Origin: Eledone cirrhosa
Taxonomy: Eukaryota
Direction: 5' to 3'
DNA: 64,000 nt
Assembly: GCA_964016885.1 (NCBI GenBank)
Contig: OZ024741.1
Span: 365,180,001 to 365,244,000 of the forward strand
The position numbers and the translations under genes are program-made. The notes beneath the pieces were generated by a model. The model saw only the letters and a program-made list of their open reading frames with translations. It had not been told where the DNA came from and ran no database searches. Each line of letters begins with the position of its first letter. The first letter of the stretch is position 1. Positions 40,435-53,968 of this stretch are shown here, piece after piece.

Positions 40435-40437
<3 letters not shown>
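39592..40437 (-). mobile_element. Mariner remnant with rearranged (inverted, duplicated) 5' end
   Basis: MIIPFFDSKDIIYPHWVPHGQKIN...WHLHQNN mariner motifs; TIR-like tacgaggtacactcaagaagtttt at 40242, repeated at ~40409. Confidence 0.7.
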
Positions 40438-40533
<96 letters not shown>

Positions 40534-41887
40534 TAGCTAAACTACGCGTCCTTTGGACGGTTCAAGTAGCTTTCGATGTAGCTCATTAAACTAAACAAAG
40601 TAAATTTGAACACATAGACGAAAAACGTACTTTATGTAAACATGAAAACCTTAGGCACTATTCCAGCGAAATAATTAGTATTTGAGCTTAGTGTCATCCG
40701 TTATACCATGTAACAACAGAAGTCCAGTCTTGGTATACATTTTTTTGACAACAGTAAAAGCGCATCATCAAATTGAGAAGTGAAGTGAATAATAGACACT
40801 ATTATGTACAAAGCATAATATTGTAAACCTTATGACATCACTTAATGTATGAACATATATAAGTGTGTTTGTGTGTGTATGCACACATTGACCATTTCAA
40901 GCTTGGCTTTATTTTATAGGATATATGTGAAAAGAGTTTTTATTTGTGCACATAAGAGAATAGTTAATTTCCGCTGCGAAAGCATTCTATCTAAACCTTA
41001 TGAATTTTTAAAGAATAAGCTACAGGAGTTATTCGTGACTTGTTCTAAATGGCTTTTAGAGCTACTCAGTGAATTGTTGAAGAATATTTCACAGTACTGT
41101 TATAAACAAATAAAAAGGAACCACTATGTAGTTGCTTCACCGTACCTGCTAGAAGCAAGGAAGCGATCATTTGTGTCTACCGAGAAAATTGTGTTTCCAT
41201 TGGTCTTTACACTGTGAAATGATCTGCCGGTTTTCATTCCTAGCAGATGTGGGTAGCATTTGAACTCAGAATGCACAATGTTGTGTCTCATACTACAAAC
41301 CAACCCACCTCAATCTCTAACAATTCCACCATGGTACATGATAGTGCATTGCTATATATAAAATAGTGTTTTACTGTGGAATAGGTTATCAGCAGAAAAT
41401 TAGACACGTGTGCATTTGAATATATGCGAGTTATAGATAATGTTATTTATGATAAAATAACGTTTCGAATATTAAAATTCGAACATCTGCTTGTCAAAGG
41501 AATAGCACTAACTTTGACATAAAGCGTTATGAATTTTGATACAATCTTAATGGATATATATAACGAACAATTTTAAAGTACATATCATTTTTGGACAGCT
41601 TTGTTGAAAATTCAGTTGAAAAGCGTGAGTTACTTGTGGAGATAAACGTGTCCAGGAACCTCCAATGGACTTTCAGCTATGTAGGCTGAAAGGGGTGAAG
41701 TAAACTACTACTAGACCAATTAAAACGATACACTAGCTAACACATATAAATTTGCTGCCTCCATGCAGGCGTTATAAAAAAACTAGGTAACACGCTATGA
41801 ATGAGTTTGAAAAACCTCACATGGTCTCTATTCTGTATTCTACTACTTCAAGTAAGATGAAAGGAAATGAAAAGTCCTAATGGTAGC

Positions 41888-41945
<58 letters not shown>

Positions 41946-42070
41946 AGTATGTATGTATACGTACATACATATATGTATACATATATGTATGTACGTATAC
42001 ATACATACTTACATTTAAGTAAGTGCCATACTAAGAGTGAGAAATGAAATTTCGTTTTCATTTTTTTCAA

Positions 42071-42109
<39 letters not shown>

Positions 42110-42112
42110 TAC

Positions 42113-42429
42113 GTATCGAGAGAGAGAAAAGGAGGGATAGGTGATACATGTAGTTATTTGCCAAATAGTGTATGAAGAGGGTGCTCAATACTAGTGCCGG
42201 CAGTGTTAAATATTAGAAGTGTTAATATCTAGTGGGCGAGAGAATTAGCAGAGCGTAAGCACGTGGAGAAGTAAAATACAGGAGAACAGACCGTTAAAAC
42301 ATGTTTATTTAAAATAGCACCTACGTACGTTTCGCCCGAATGAGAAGCCCATTTGTGCGAAACGTACGTAGGTGCTATTTTAAATAAACATGTTTTAACG
42401 GTCTGTTCTCCTGTATTTTACTTCTCCAC

Positions 42430-42431
<2 letters not shown>
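42113..42431 (-). mobile_element. PLE pLTR with 75-bp fold-back
   Basis: Arms 42261-42335 / 42357-42431; cGAAAC-gtac-GTA-gg hammerhead 3' half; (TA)n flanks. Confidence 0.75.
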
Positions 42432-42507
<76 letters not shown>

Positions 42508-43185
42508 ATATAATATACGTTCGTTTCGTTTGCCGTATTTAGTGTTTCGACTAGGGTTATAGTTGTATACGGCAGTAAAAAGATTTAGTCAATTCTATCG
42601 ACTCAATAATTTAACTGCTCTCGCAGTATTCGAACACGAGGAAATATGTGGAGGAGCTATTACAAAAAAAAAAAAAAAAAGGCAATACTTGTGGAGCTGT
42701 GGTAATGCTCATATTGCGGAAGTTCATTTTATTTGGAAACGGAAACATACCATAAGCAGGCTGAATGATCTGGTTTCGTAGAAACACGATAGCATATATA
42801 CGGGTGAGTTACACATTTGTCAAGTCACAAATGGCAGACCTTCCAGCATCGAAAATCAAAAATTGGGAGCTCCATGAAAAACGTGCTCCGAAACAGGTAA
42901 AATGAGGCAAATGGGGAGATTTTAGATAATGAAAGATATGCCCATTTTCACAAGAGAAGTCATCTCTCACTCAACCCAAAGTGCGTAGGAGATCTCCCCG
43001 TTAAACGGGGAGAGTTGATAATCTGAAATTGAAATACTGCATACACACCTGATAATGTATTATAAATCCTAAAGTACTAATAACTAACCACTACTAACTC
43101 AGCAACAAAGTTCTTAGTCCGCTGCGACATGCCCGTTGATGGTATTTTAGTTCAACTTGAGGACGGAGAGACGGGGAAATATATA

Positions 43186-43572
43186 ATAATTTTTTCTACT
43201 TTTGGCACAAGGCCAGCAATTATCCAGTGCATTACTGGTACTTTATTTTATCGACACCGTAAGGATGGAAAGCAAAGTTAACCTCGGCAGGATTTGAACT
43301 CAGACAGTAAAGGGACGTAACATTATGCTGCAAAGCATGGCGTCCGAGCCTCTAACGATACTGCCAATCCACTGCTGAAAATATATAATAATTGTTTCTA
43401 CTTTTGGTACAAGGCCAGCAATTATCCAGTGCATTACTGGTACTTTATTTTATCGACCCCGTAAAGATGAAAGGCAAAGGTAACCTCGGCGGGATTTGAA
43501 CTCAGAATAGCAAGGGCCGTAACTCTATGCGTCAAAGCATGGCGTCCGAACCTCTACCGATACTGCCTATCC
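43186..43572 (-). mobile_element. Tandem pair of family A SINEs
   Basis: Copies at 43186-43372 and 43387-43572. Confidence 0.9.
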
Positions 43573-43624
43573 GAAGGTGTTCCATGTCTAATTTTTTAGA
43601 CCTTATATTTTTGTTGTTAAGTAA

Positions 43625-43892
43625 GTGAATATAATTCAATCAAAGGAACAGATCCGTAGAGATTGAATGAATTTTTCTACAGTTTAGTTGTTCATACTAA
43701 AAATTATCTGTTTCGAGATTAAATATGGAACCACAGAAGTATCACAATTACAGTCGTGATCGTTTTTCAATGACACTTTTTCAACGCATATACCAACAGC
43801 TTGTACACAACAACCAACACTACACCCAACCTTTATTTCATTCGATTCTAGCATATATCTCCCGTTTTAGTTCCAATCCCCTAATTAACCCA
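43625..43892. repeat. Unclassified ~270-bp repeat, second copy at 54003-54280
   Basis: Collinear similarity from gaatataatt..tcaaaggaacaga to ccct.attaac. Confidence 0.8.
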
Positions 43893-43894
43893 AA

Positions 43895-43983
<89 letters not shown>
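43895..43983. repeat. (ATCT)n microsatellite, Tx1 insertion site
   Basis: Direct inspection; the tract resumes at 47936-48010 and 53814-53850. Confidence 0.95.
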
Positions 43984-43987
<4 letters not shown>

Positions 43988-46900
43988 GTCTGACGCGTGG
44001 AACATCGCCGGTAAGCTTTTTTGTTAATATCTATACCAAAAACCGATCTAATTGTTTGAAAAAACATAACACTTTGTAGATTAACCCCCAAGCTGAATTG
44101 TCAGCTGGGAGGTAATCCAATGTTTCGCCCCTGTAGGGGCGAACATTTTATTTTAAAAATTTGTTTTAAAATATCAGATTTTACAAACTAAATAACTTGA
44201 GCAACACAAAAACGCTGGAGAACGTTAATAGAGAAAAGAGAGAGAAAGAGACAGATATTAACGTTATATCTGCTTCTGCTACTATGGACCTCGCCATAGA
44301 TACAAGTGTCAACAAAGAAAAAAATATATTAACACTTGAAAATTTTAAAATTTCTACCGTCGAAGCGGAGAAAAATAACAATAACACACAGGAAAACACA
44401 GGAATTAAATCCATTAACATACATACACATGAACAAGACATCAACAACTCTACAGATACATCTACACATAAAGTTTCACCTCGACGAGGAACTGACGTCG
44501 GAGTACAGCAAGTACACTTGGACCCGGAGGGTAGACTGGTAGTCCTAGACGTGAACAGTATCGGAGGTGGAGCCTTCAGACTGGTGGCCGTTTATGCCCC
44601 GACCGGGCAATCGCAATCACGGCCAGACTTCTTTAAGCATCTAGAGTCTTTTCTGGGAACGTCTCGTTCCTTATTTTTAGTGGGGGACTGGAATGGTATC
44701 CTAGATGCACGATGGCACTATGTGGGAGCATGTCCCAGTAGAGGGGGTGCAACAGCCTCAAAACTTTAATCGGCCAATTCCAACTGGCCGATAGGTATCG
44801 ACTGGATTTCCCGACTGCACCACAGTGGACGTGGGCAAACCGCAGTGGGACATCTAGATCGTATTTAGATAGGTTCTTCATTAGAGAAAGGGACAAGGAG
44901 ATGTTAAGCTGTCCACGAATGCACATGGTTGCCTATTCAGATCACAAGTTAGTCGTCTGCTTAGTCAACCGTGATAGAATACATAGACAGGGTCCCGGAT
45001 ACTGGAAGCTGAACGTGTCGTTGCCGGCACGTAAAGCTTACAGTGAACGGGTAAGTAGACTATTCAAGCAACAGTTAACGGGAGCCATCGTCAACAATAT
45101 ATGGTGGTATTTTCTCAAGAAAGCAATTAGAATAGAATCGATAGAGTATAGCAGAGAGTTAGCCTTAGAGAAAAACAGAATAGAAAGAGAACTAGTAGCC
45201 AAGGTAGAGGAGGCACTTAGAAGTGACAACGCGGCTAGAGTGTTAGCGTCGAGAACGGCACTGGACCAGTTCTTCGATGCGAAATACGAAGGCTGCGTGG
45301 TCAGAAGCAAAACACGTGCTCTAGGAAACGAAGGAGCGAAAGCTGTCAGCTGGACCCAAGTGGCGGAGGCAAAAAGTGGCAACAAGTCCACGATTCGGTC
45401 TTTGAAAGACCAAAACGGACGCGTGCTACTTGACCCCAAGCAAATGTGCGCGGCCTTTCAGCGGCACTTTGCGCGACTGTTTGAGCAGAACGACGGTGAG
45501 CCGAACGGGGCAATGGACTTTAGTTCATACCTCGACGGCCTGCCGCGTCTCTCGAACACGGACGCCGAATTCTGCGAAAGACCGATCACAGACACTGAGA
45601 TACGGGACGCTCTGGGCCGCTGCGGGAAACGCAAGTCACCCGGTCTAGATGGTCTACCCTACGAATTTTACATAGGCATGCCGGACTAGTTCTCTGGCGT
45701 CCTCGAAGCCGTCTACTGCAGTTGGCAGCAGAACGGGAGAATTCCCAGTTCTGCAGGCAAGGGCGTAGTAACGCTGATCAGGAAAGACGAGAACAAGGGG
45801 GACGAAATTAACAACTTCAGGCCCATAACTCTGCTCAACACAGAGTTAAAGATGGTGGCGAAGGTGCTAGCGACGAGGTTGGCGCTTGTCGTCGAGAACT
45901 GGTAGAGAAAGCGCAAACGTGTGCAATCCCGACCAGGTCCATACACGACAACCTCCACCTCATGCGATACATCATAGAGAGGGTGGATAGTAAACCCGGC
46001 TTCGGTGGGGCTCTGATCAACTTGGATCAGTCTAAGGCATTCAATAGGGTCGACCATCGATACTTGGAAGCGGTTCTCAAGGCGGCCGGTTTCGGTCCCG
46101 TGTTCAGAGGATGGATCGAGCCGATGCACACCAGCATCTGCTCGAGGGTCAAGGTGAACAGCTACCATCGGAGCCGTTCGCAATCACGCGTTCTATTCGA
46201 CAGGGGTGCCCTCTCTCCTCCATTCTGTATGTATTGACTCTAGAGCCACTACTGCGGAAATCGGAGCTGTTGCAGGGCATCCCTCTAGAACAGGGACTGC
46301 GCAAAGCTACGTCGGCTGATGCTGACGACGTGACGGTAATGGTGTCGCGCACCTCGGAAATTGGGGTGATCGGCAACTTACTGAAAGAATGCGATACAAT
46401 GACGGGAGCAAAACTAAACCAGGACAAGTCTGTCGGTTTGCAACTCGGTACGTGGAGAGGCAAACCGATGAAGTCCGACAGCGTCGTTGGACGCTGGACG
46501 GACGGACCGGTGAAATTGCTCGGGGTCTGATTCGGTCCAGACCTCCAAGTGAAGAAAAACTGGAACGAGGTCACGGCCAAGGTGTTTGCACTCCCCCGGA
46601 AGTGGGCAGTGTGCAAACTGTCCTTGAAAGGTCGAGCGGAGGTGGCGAACACTTTCATAGCGTCCGTTATCTACTACCGCTTGACTGTCGTGCCTTGTCC
46701 CCGTGAACACCTCGCCAAGATGGAACGCATGCTCTTCCAGTTTCTGTGGAAGAAGCAGGCTCCGCTGGTGAGGAGATCCGTCTGCTGTCAGCACCCTTCC
46801 AACGGAGGGCTGGGAATGCCGTGGCTGATGATGCGCAAACATGCGCTGAGGCTGCGGCATCTCCAGGTATTCCTCACCGACCCCCAACCGGTGTGGGCAC

Positions 46901-47935
46901 CGTTTGTGAGACAGGCTTTCCCACAACTCGTCTCGTTGACGGAGCTGCAGTCCTGGGAGAAGAAAAGACCGAAAACGATGGGCGCCTGGCACATTGAATG
47001 CGCTCAGGCGCTCACAGTCCTCTGGCAAGCGGGCGCAGCAATCAGTGGAGACTTCACTTCGACATTCTATAGAGGGATTGTACGTTATAAGGGCGACGAC
47101 GTGCTCGGAGAGGCTCTGGGCGTCGAAGACGATGAGCTCACCAGTCTGTTTGGTAGGACTTTCCGCCCGGGACCTATGGACAACTTCCAGAGGTCCCTGG
47201 CCTGGCAGTGCTACCGAGGAGCTCTACCGGTTCGTGACAAGATCTACAGGCACGGACGCCCCGGCAGAGATCCTTCCAAGAGGACGTGTCCAAGATGCGC
47301 GCAGGACATTGAAACAGTCCTGCACGCAATTGTACACTACCCGTGCGTAACCGTCCTGTGGAACTATGCAGAACAACTGCTGTCGCGTATGGGACAAATC
47401 CAGTTGACTGCCGAGTCCATAGTAAGGATCAAACCGCCAGCCTCTTTCAAAAACGAAAGAGAGGCGGTTTTCCTCTGTACGGTGGCTATGGTGAAAGAAG
47501 TTATATGGTGGACGTGGTTGAGAAGACTGAGGACAGATGCCTTTCTCTCCGGACAACAATTGATTCCCTTCTTTAAATACCACTTTAGAAGGAGAATGAG
47601 GGTGGAGAGAGAGGCACTGCGCCCCAGTAAATTTACTGAAAGGTGGGTGAATGAAGCGAAAATGGCCCGAGTGATTGGGCCTTCTCTGTTTATAAGCCTG
47701 TAGGTTGAGGAAGAGAGCAAAAGGAAGAAAGGAGCACTTGCACAACACTCTCCTGGAGTTGAGGGTTGTTCTATCGGCGGGGTATTAAAGAACCCATTTG
47801 TGGCGCCTCCCCCCTATTGGGGATTTCGATTGTTGTAATTGTTTGTTTTTATATTTTTACACGACTGCATGTAAAATCCCCGGCATGTCTTTGTATTGTC
47901 CCCTTTTCTTGTGCGCCCTTGTGGCTAATAAAGAA

Positions 47936-47936
<1 letters not shown>
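43984..47936 (+). mobile_element. Tx1/L1-clade retrotransposon with internal deletion
   Basis: 5' UTR hairpins; ORF1 N-terminus fused at ~44490 to mid-endonuclease; EN-RT-zinc ORF2; 3' aataaagaa. Confidence 0.9.
44197..47703 (+). pseudogene. Tx1 ORF1/ORF2 fusion remnant (EN, RT, C-terminal zinc motif)
   Basis: LVAVYAP, GDWN, SDHK, GPGYWKLN, KSPGLDG, DQSKAFNRVDH, RQGCPLS, ADD, GGLGMP, CPRC..ETVLH; stops and frameshifts. Confidence 0.9.
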
Positions 47937-48010
<74 letters not shown>

Positions 48011-48256
48011 GTTCCATTAATCTAGCTGTCGTCTGTTCGATAGCGTAGACGTAATTCACTTCGCGCAGAAGTTTTGTTCCAATTTATTGCGGAAATTTTG
48101 TAAGTTTAATTTTAATTTTGATACTATTGTGTAGCTTGACCCCCCCCCCCGCGTCTGAACTGTCAGGCCGTGGGTCAGCTCATTTTCACCCCTCCCAGGG
48201 GTGAAAAACCTGTTTTTAAAAATGTTGTTGCATAAAATTTCAATCGTCTGGGAGAA

Positions 48257-50098
48257 ATGTTAAACGAAGCTAACGAAAATAGTGGTGGGGGGACAGCGGT
48301 AAGAGTTGTAAGCTCGCACGCTTTAGTCCCCCCTTCCTTCCCAACTAACGTCATAGAGAAGGAAAGAAAAAATAAAATAAAAACAGACGAATGTGCGGAG
48401 AAAAATGTCGACGAAAACACAAATCTGGAGATTGATTCCAATAACAAAATAAATATGAAAGAATTGCATGACAATATTAATACCACAAACAAAGAAACAA
48501 CAAACACAAAAATAACATTTGAAAACAACAACATCATGACAGAAAGCAAAACAGACGACAAAGTCAACACCAATAATACCTCATTTGCAGAAACAACAAA
48601 AAAATCTTTAACATACATACCTGAAAATATTTCAGATGTGGCACAAAGAATAAAAAACGCCAAACAATTCATAACTCAAGGGGAAAATGGAGCCTTGTCA
48701 GTAAAAATGCCCCAAGAACTCACCAAAGATATTGAAAGTCGGACGGTCATTTTCCGCAACATCAACAACATCTCAAAAAAACGACAACAACGAACACAAG
48801 CAGAAATTAAAGCGGTACTTAGAGAAGTACTTAATGAAGCCACTTTCATAAGAAGAGACAGGCTCTATGGAAGCCTGGCCATTATTATGAAGAACGAATC
48901 GGCGGCAAAAAAAATATGCTTTGTCGCCGATTCGTTCGACAATTTTTACCTTTTATCCATCTTATATGGGTAAAAGAACTCAGCGCATATGGCTGGATGC
49001 GATGATGCCAGATATGGACTACTGCTGGCTCATAGCTGGCTTCATCGATCCAGCGAATGACAACGTGATTTCCATTGGGAAAACCACAGGCAATGCGTTC
49101 AGTGGAATAGGTATAGAACTTGTAGTGCAAATGAAGCCTGAATGCATTGCCCAAATACCCGACAGAATCCTATTAGAGGGCCACGGGTATATAAACATTA
49201 GCGTGGAGGGGAGAAGGCCGTCCTGTCATATCTGTGCAGGCAGAGGGCACCTGAAGGCGGCTTGTCCCCAACTCAACAAGAAGAAAACCCTGCTACCAAC
49301 ACCAGCTCCACCACCACCACAACAGATAAAGAAACAAAAAAACCCAGTCCGACCCAACCCGTCCCTGAGTAAAACTACACCACCACCACCACAGCACAAA
49401 CAGACACAACACATTACCCAAAAACAAAACACAGTCCCACCCAACCCCTCACTCAATAAAACAACACAACCACCGCAGCCAAAACACACAACACAGTCTA
49501 ACATAGTGACATCCATCTCCCCCACAAAGAAAACTAACACGGAAACATTACCAGCAAATATACCTCTTCTCTCCAACACTGAAGATAACCCAACGAATTC
49601 GGAGGAAGAAACGGAGTCCTTCAGACAGATTAAAAGGAAAAAAAGAAAACATGTGAAAAACACACGAGGCCAAACAGCCCCTACCCAAATGTCAACACAA
49701 TCCAACAAGACACAAAACACCCCTCCAGCAACAAACAAAACCAAACCTGCCACTCCCCTCTACGAAACACTCACACCATCCGAAAAAAAGCCATTACACT
49801 ATACTTACATCAACAGAAACAATAATGGTACAAACCGAAGGGGTAAACTTTGTTTCTTCAGAAAACTACCGACATTTAAAATTAATAAAGGTCCCAAAAA
49901 CTAAAAAAAGGATTTTAAGGAGGACGTAGGACCACCCTCTGTCAAACCCATAAACCGCGTCCTCCTAAAAAACTTTCCCCCTCCCATTCCCCTCCCCAAC
50001 ACAACTCCAAACACCCCAACCCCACCACACACTGACGACCCCACACCACCACAAGAGACCCCTTCACCCAACACCCCCGACCCCATGGAAGTCGTGTG
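48257..50098 (+). pseudogene. Tx1 ORF1 (gag-like, CCHC zinc knuckle), frameshifted
   Basis: ORFs 48257-48973 and 48921-49904; ISVEGRRPSCHICAGRGHLKAAC knuckle; Pro/Thr/Lys-rich tail. Confidence 0.85.
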
Positions 50099-50158
50099 AC
50101 CCGAACCCCGGAAAGCAGAAAGGTAGGTCTCTACATTCTCCTTTGGCTTTGCCGCCAC

Positions 50159-53100
50159 ATGGATGTGTTAAGAGTAGGATGTTTGAATGCACGTGGCCTG
50201 GGCTCAACTTGGAAGCAAGCAAAGCTTCTAAATGACCTCAGGTCACGTGGTATAAATGCAACGGTTATCTGTGAGACTCGGATCAGCGTCGTGCGGCAGC
50301 TGGCCCCTACCTTCGATGACTTTGAGGTGCACGCATATCTCTGTCAACCTGAAGGTGGGGGTGGGGTTGTCGTACAGCTGGAAAAACACCTGGGTCTCGC
50401 CGTACAGGTTGTTCACTCGGACCCGGAAGGTCGTTTGTTGGTGCTAGACGTTGGCAGTAGTGGAGGTGCGGCCTTGAGACTGGTCGCCGTCTACTCCCCT
50501 TACGGAGCTGAACGACCCGACTCTTCCAGCGTCTGGGGACTTTTCTGGGAACGTCGCGTTCCCTGCTTCTAGCGGGGGACTGGAATGACATCCTAGATGC
50601 ACGTTGGGACTATGCAGGAGCATGTCCTAATAGAGGGGCGTGTAACAGCCTCAAAGGGTTACTCGACCGTTTTAACTTGGTCGATAGATATCGACTAGAT
50701 TTTCCAACTGTGCCAACATGGACTTGGACGAACCACAGTGGTCAATCTAGATCGTACTTAGATAGATTCTTAGTTAGAAGTAAGGATAGGGACATATTAA
50801 GCAGTCCAGAAATGCTCACGGTTGGCTATACAGATCACAAATTAGTGACCTGCGTAGTCAACCTCGAGAGAACACATAGACAGGGTCCCGGTTACTGGAA
50901 ACTTAATTTGTCTTTACCGGCAAAAGAGGCTTACAGAAACCGGATTAGCAGATTAGTTAAGGAGAGGTTGACGGGTGCAATCGTCAACAACCGATGGTGG
51001 GCATCTCTCAAAAGAGAGATTAGAACAGAATCAATAAGTTATAGCAAGATGTTGGCTGCCGATAGGAATAGGAACGAGAAAGAATTAACAGGTAAATTAG
51101 AAGAGGCAATCAAGAGCGAAGATGTGGCCAGAGTACTGGCATCTAGGACGGCCTTGAGCCAGTTTTTCGATGCAAAGCACGAAGGCCGCGTCATTCGAAG
51201 TAAAATACGTGCTCTAGGTAATGAGGTGTCCGAAGCCGTTGGCTGGGCCCGCGTGACAGAAGCTAAGAGTGGAAATCGATCCACCATCCGGTCTTTGCAA
51301 GACGAGGATGGACTGGTGATCCGGGAGCCTAAGCAGATGTGCGAGGCCTTTCAAAGGCACTTTGCCCGATTGTTCGGGGGGAGGCGAGGGTCTGGGCGGG
51401 GACGTGGATTTCAGTCCATACCTCGACGGCCTGCCGCGTCTCTCAAGCGAAGAGACAGAGTCCTGCGAGGGACCAATCTCGGCTGATGAGATCGGGGATG
51501 CGCTGAGCCAATGCAGCAGACGCAAATCTCCAGGTCTCGATGGTATACCTTACGAACTTTATTTAGCAATGCCGGTCTTCTTCTCCGAACTCCTCGAAGC
51601 GGTCTACTGCAATTGGCAGCAGAACGGGAGAATTCCTTGTTCTGTAGCCAAGGGCGTAGTCTCACTGGTGAGGACGGACGAGAATAAGGGGGATAGTATA
51701 AATAATTTTCGGTCCATAACCCTGCTAAACACAGAGTTAAAGATTTTGGCCAAGGTGTTAGCAAAGAGGTTGGCGCTTGTCGTGGGTGGCCTGGTGGGAG
51801 ATGCGCAGACATGTGCTATCCCATCCAGGTCCATTCACGACAACCTCCACCTCATGCGATACATCATAGAGAGGGTTGGCAACAAACCCGGCTTCGGTGG
51901 GGCCCTGATCAACTTGGATCAGTCTAAGGCGTTCGATAGGGTCGACCATGGTTACCTGGATGCGGTGCTAGCGGCGGCTGGGTTCGGTCCTGTTTTCAGA
52001 GGCTGGATCACTGCCTTACATAGCAACCACATCTGTTCTAGGATCAAGGTGAAGGGCTACCTTTCGAAGCCGTTCGAAATCACACGATCCATTCGACAGG
52101 GGTGCCCTCTCTCCTCCCTTCTGTACGTATTGACTCTCGAGCCTTTACTGAGGAAGTTGGAGTTGTTGCAGGGTATCCCCCTGGAACCAGGATTGAGCAA
52201 AGCGGTGTCGGCCTACGCCGATGACGTAACAGTAATGGTATCGACCGACTCGGAGATCGAGGCGATCGGTACCTTACTGGAGGAGTACGAAAGGTTGTCA
52301 GGAGCGAAACTGAACCGGGAAAAATCCATCGGGCTGCAACTCGGAACGTGGAGAGGCAGACAAATGCCTCCCGACGGTGTCGTCGGACACTGGAGGGAGG
52401 GCCCGGTGAAGTTGCTTGGGGTCTGGTTTGGACCGGACCTCCAGGTGGAAAAGAACTGGAGCGAGGTTACGAACAAGGTGTTTGCACTGACCCAGAAATG
52501 GGCCAAGTGTAAGCTGTCCCTGAAAGGTCGGACGGAGGTGGCGAACATTTACATAGCGTCCGTCACCTACTACCGCCTGACTGTCGTGCCTTGCCCTAAG
52601 GAAACACTCACCACCATGGAACGCATGCTCTTTCAATTTCTTTGGAAGAAACGCCCTCCTATGGTGAGAAGATCCATCTGCTGCCAACAACCTTCGAAAG
52701 GAGGGCTGGGGATGCCGTGATTGATGATGCGTAGACACGCATTAAGGCTACGGCACCTACAGGTATTCCTCACTGGTCAACCGGTTTGGGCTCCGTTCGT
52801 GAGACGAGCCTTTCCGAGACTCGTCTCGCTCACCGAGCTGTAGTCCTGGGTCAAGCAAAGATCCGGAAAACTGGGAGACTGGCACACTGAGTGTGCCCAG
52901 GCGCTCAGGGCTCTCTGGCAAGCGGACCCGGCCATCGGTGGAGAATTCACCTCGTCATTCTATAGAGAGCTGGTGCCTAGCAGGGGCGATGACACCCTTG
53001 GAGAGTCGCTGGACATGGAAGAGGACGAACTGGCCAGCCTGTTCGGTAGGACTTTCAGCCCGGGACCAATGGACAACTTCCAGAAGTCACTGGCCTGGCA

Positions 53101-53596
53101 GTGCTACCGGGGGGCTCTACCCGTTCGAGAAAAGCTCTACAGACACGGGCGCTCGGGCAGGGATCCCTCGAAAAAGATTTGCCCTAGATGCGTGCGTCAC
53201 GAAGAAACCGTTGCGCACGCATTGGTGCACTGTCCGGGCGTGGCTGATCTGTGGGGCTACGCCGAACGACTACTGTCACGGGTGACGCCGATTCGATTGA
53301 CCGCCGAGTCCGCGATGACAATCAAGCCGCCTCCCCTCTTCACAAAGGAAGCAAAGGCGGTTTTTCTGTGCGTAATAGCCATGTTAAAAGAGGTTGTTTG
53401 GTGGACACTATTCAAAGGTCTGAGGTCAGACAACTTCCTCTCTGGCCATAGTCTGGTCTACTTCTTCCGATATCACTTCGGAAGAAGGATAAGAATGGAG
53501 AGAGAGGTGCTTGGCCACAAGCAGTTTTATGAAAGGTGGGTGATAGTGGCGAGAATGGCTCGTGTAAATGGGCCTTCTCTGTATACCATCCTGTAG
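50159..53596 (+). pseudogene. Tx1 ORF2 (APE endonuclease, RT, zinc motif), frameshifted with stops
   Basis: MDVLRVGCLNARGL, SRSYLDR, TDHK, KSPGLDG, DQSKAFDRVDH, RQGCPLS, AYADDV, CPRC..ETVAHALVHC. Confidence 0.92.
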
Positions 53597-53897
53597 GTAA
53601 AGAAGTGAAGGAGAGGGGAGCACCTTCTCCATGTGCTCCCCGGGCAAAGGATTGCACACTTTTTCGGGGGTGTGTGCAACCCCCATCACGTCCCCTCCCT
53701 TTTGAGGTAGGTTTTGATTATTTTCATTTTATACCCTTTTTACTCGGTTTTATGTAAACTCCCCCTTTGTATTTGTCCCTTCTTTTTATACCTTTATGGT
53801 AAATAAAGAAATATATCTATCTATCGTTCCATCGATCCATCTATCTATCTATATAAACTTGTCTGTATGTATGTTGAGAAAAACACACAAGGGACTT

Positions 53898-53968
<71 letters not shown>

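Larger units (their letters stand above)
48018..53813 (+). mobile_element. Full-length Tx1/L1-clade retrotransposon
   Basis: TSD tatctatctatcgttccat at 47999-48017 and 53814-53832; 5' UTR, ORF1, ORF2, 3' aataaagaa. Confidence 0.92.

Noticed and set aside
45038-53689. Long minus-strand ORFs over the Tx1 elements
   Set aside because: Antisense shadows of GC-rich retrotransposon coding sequence
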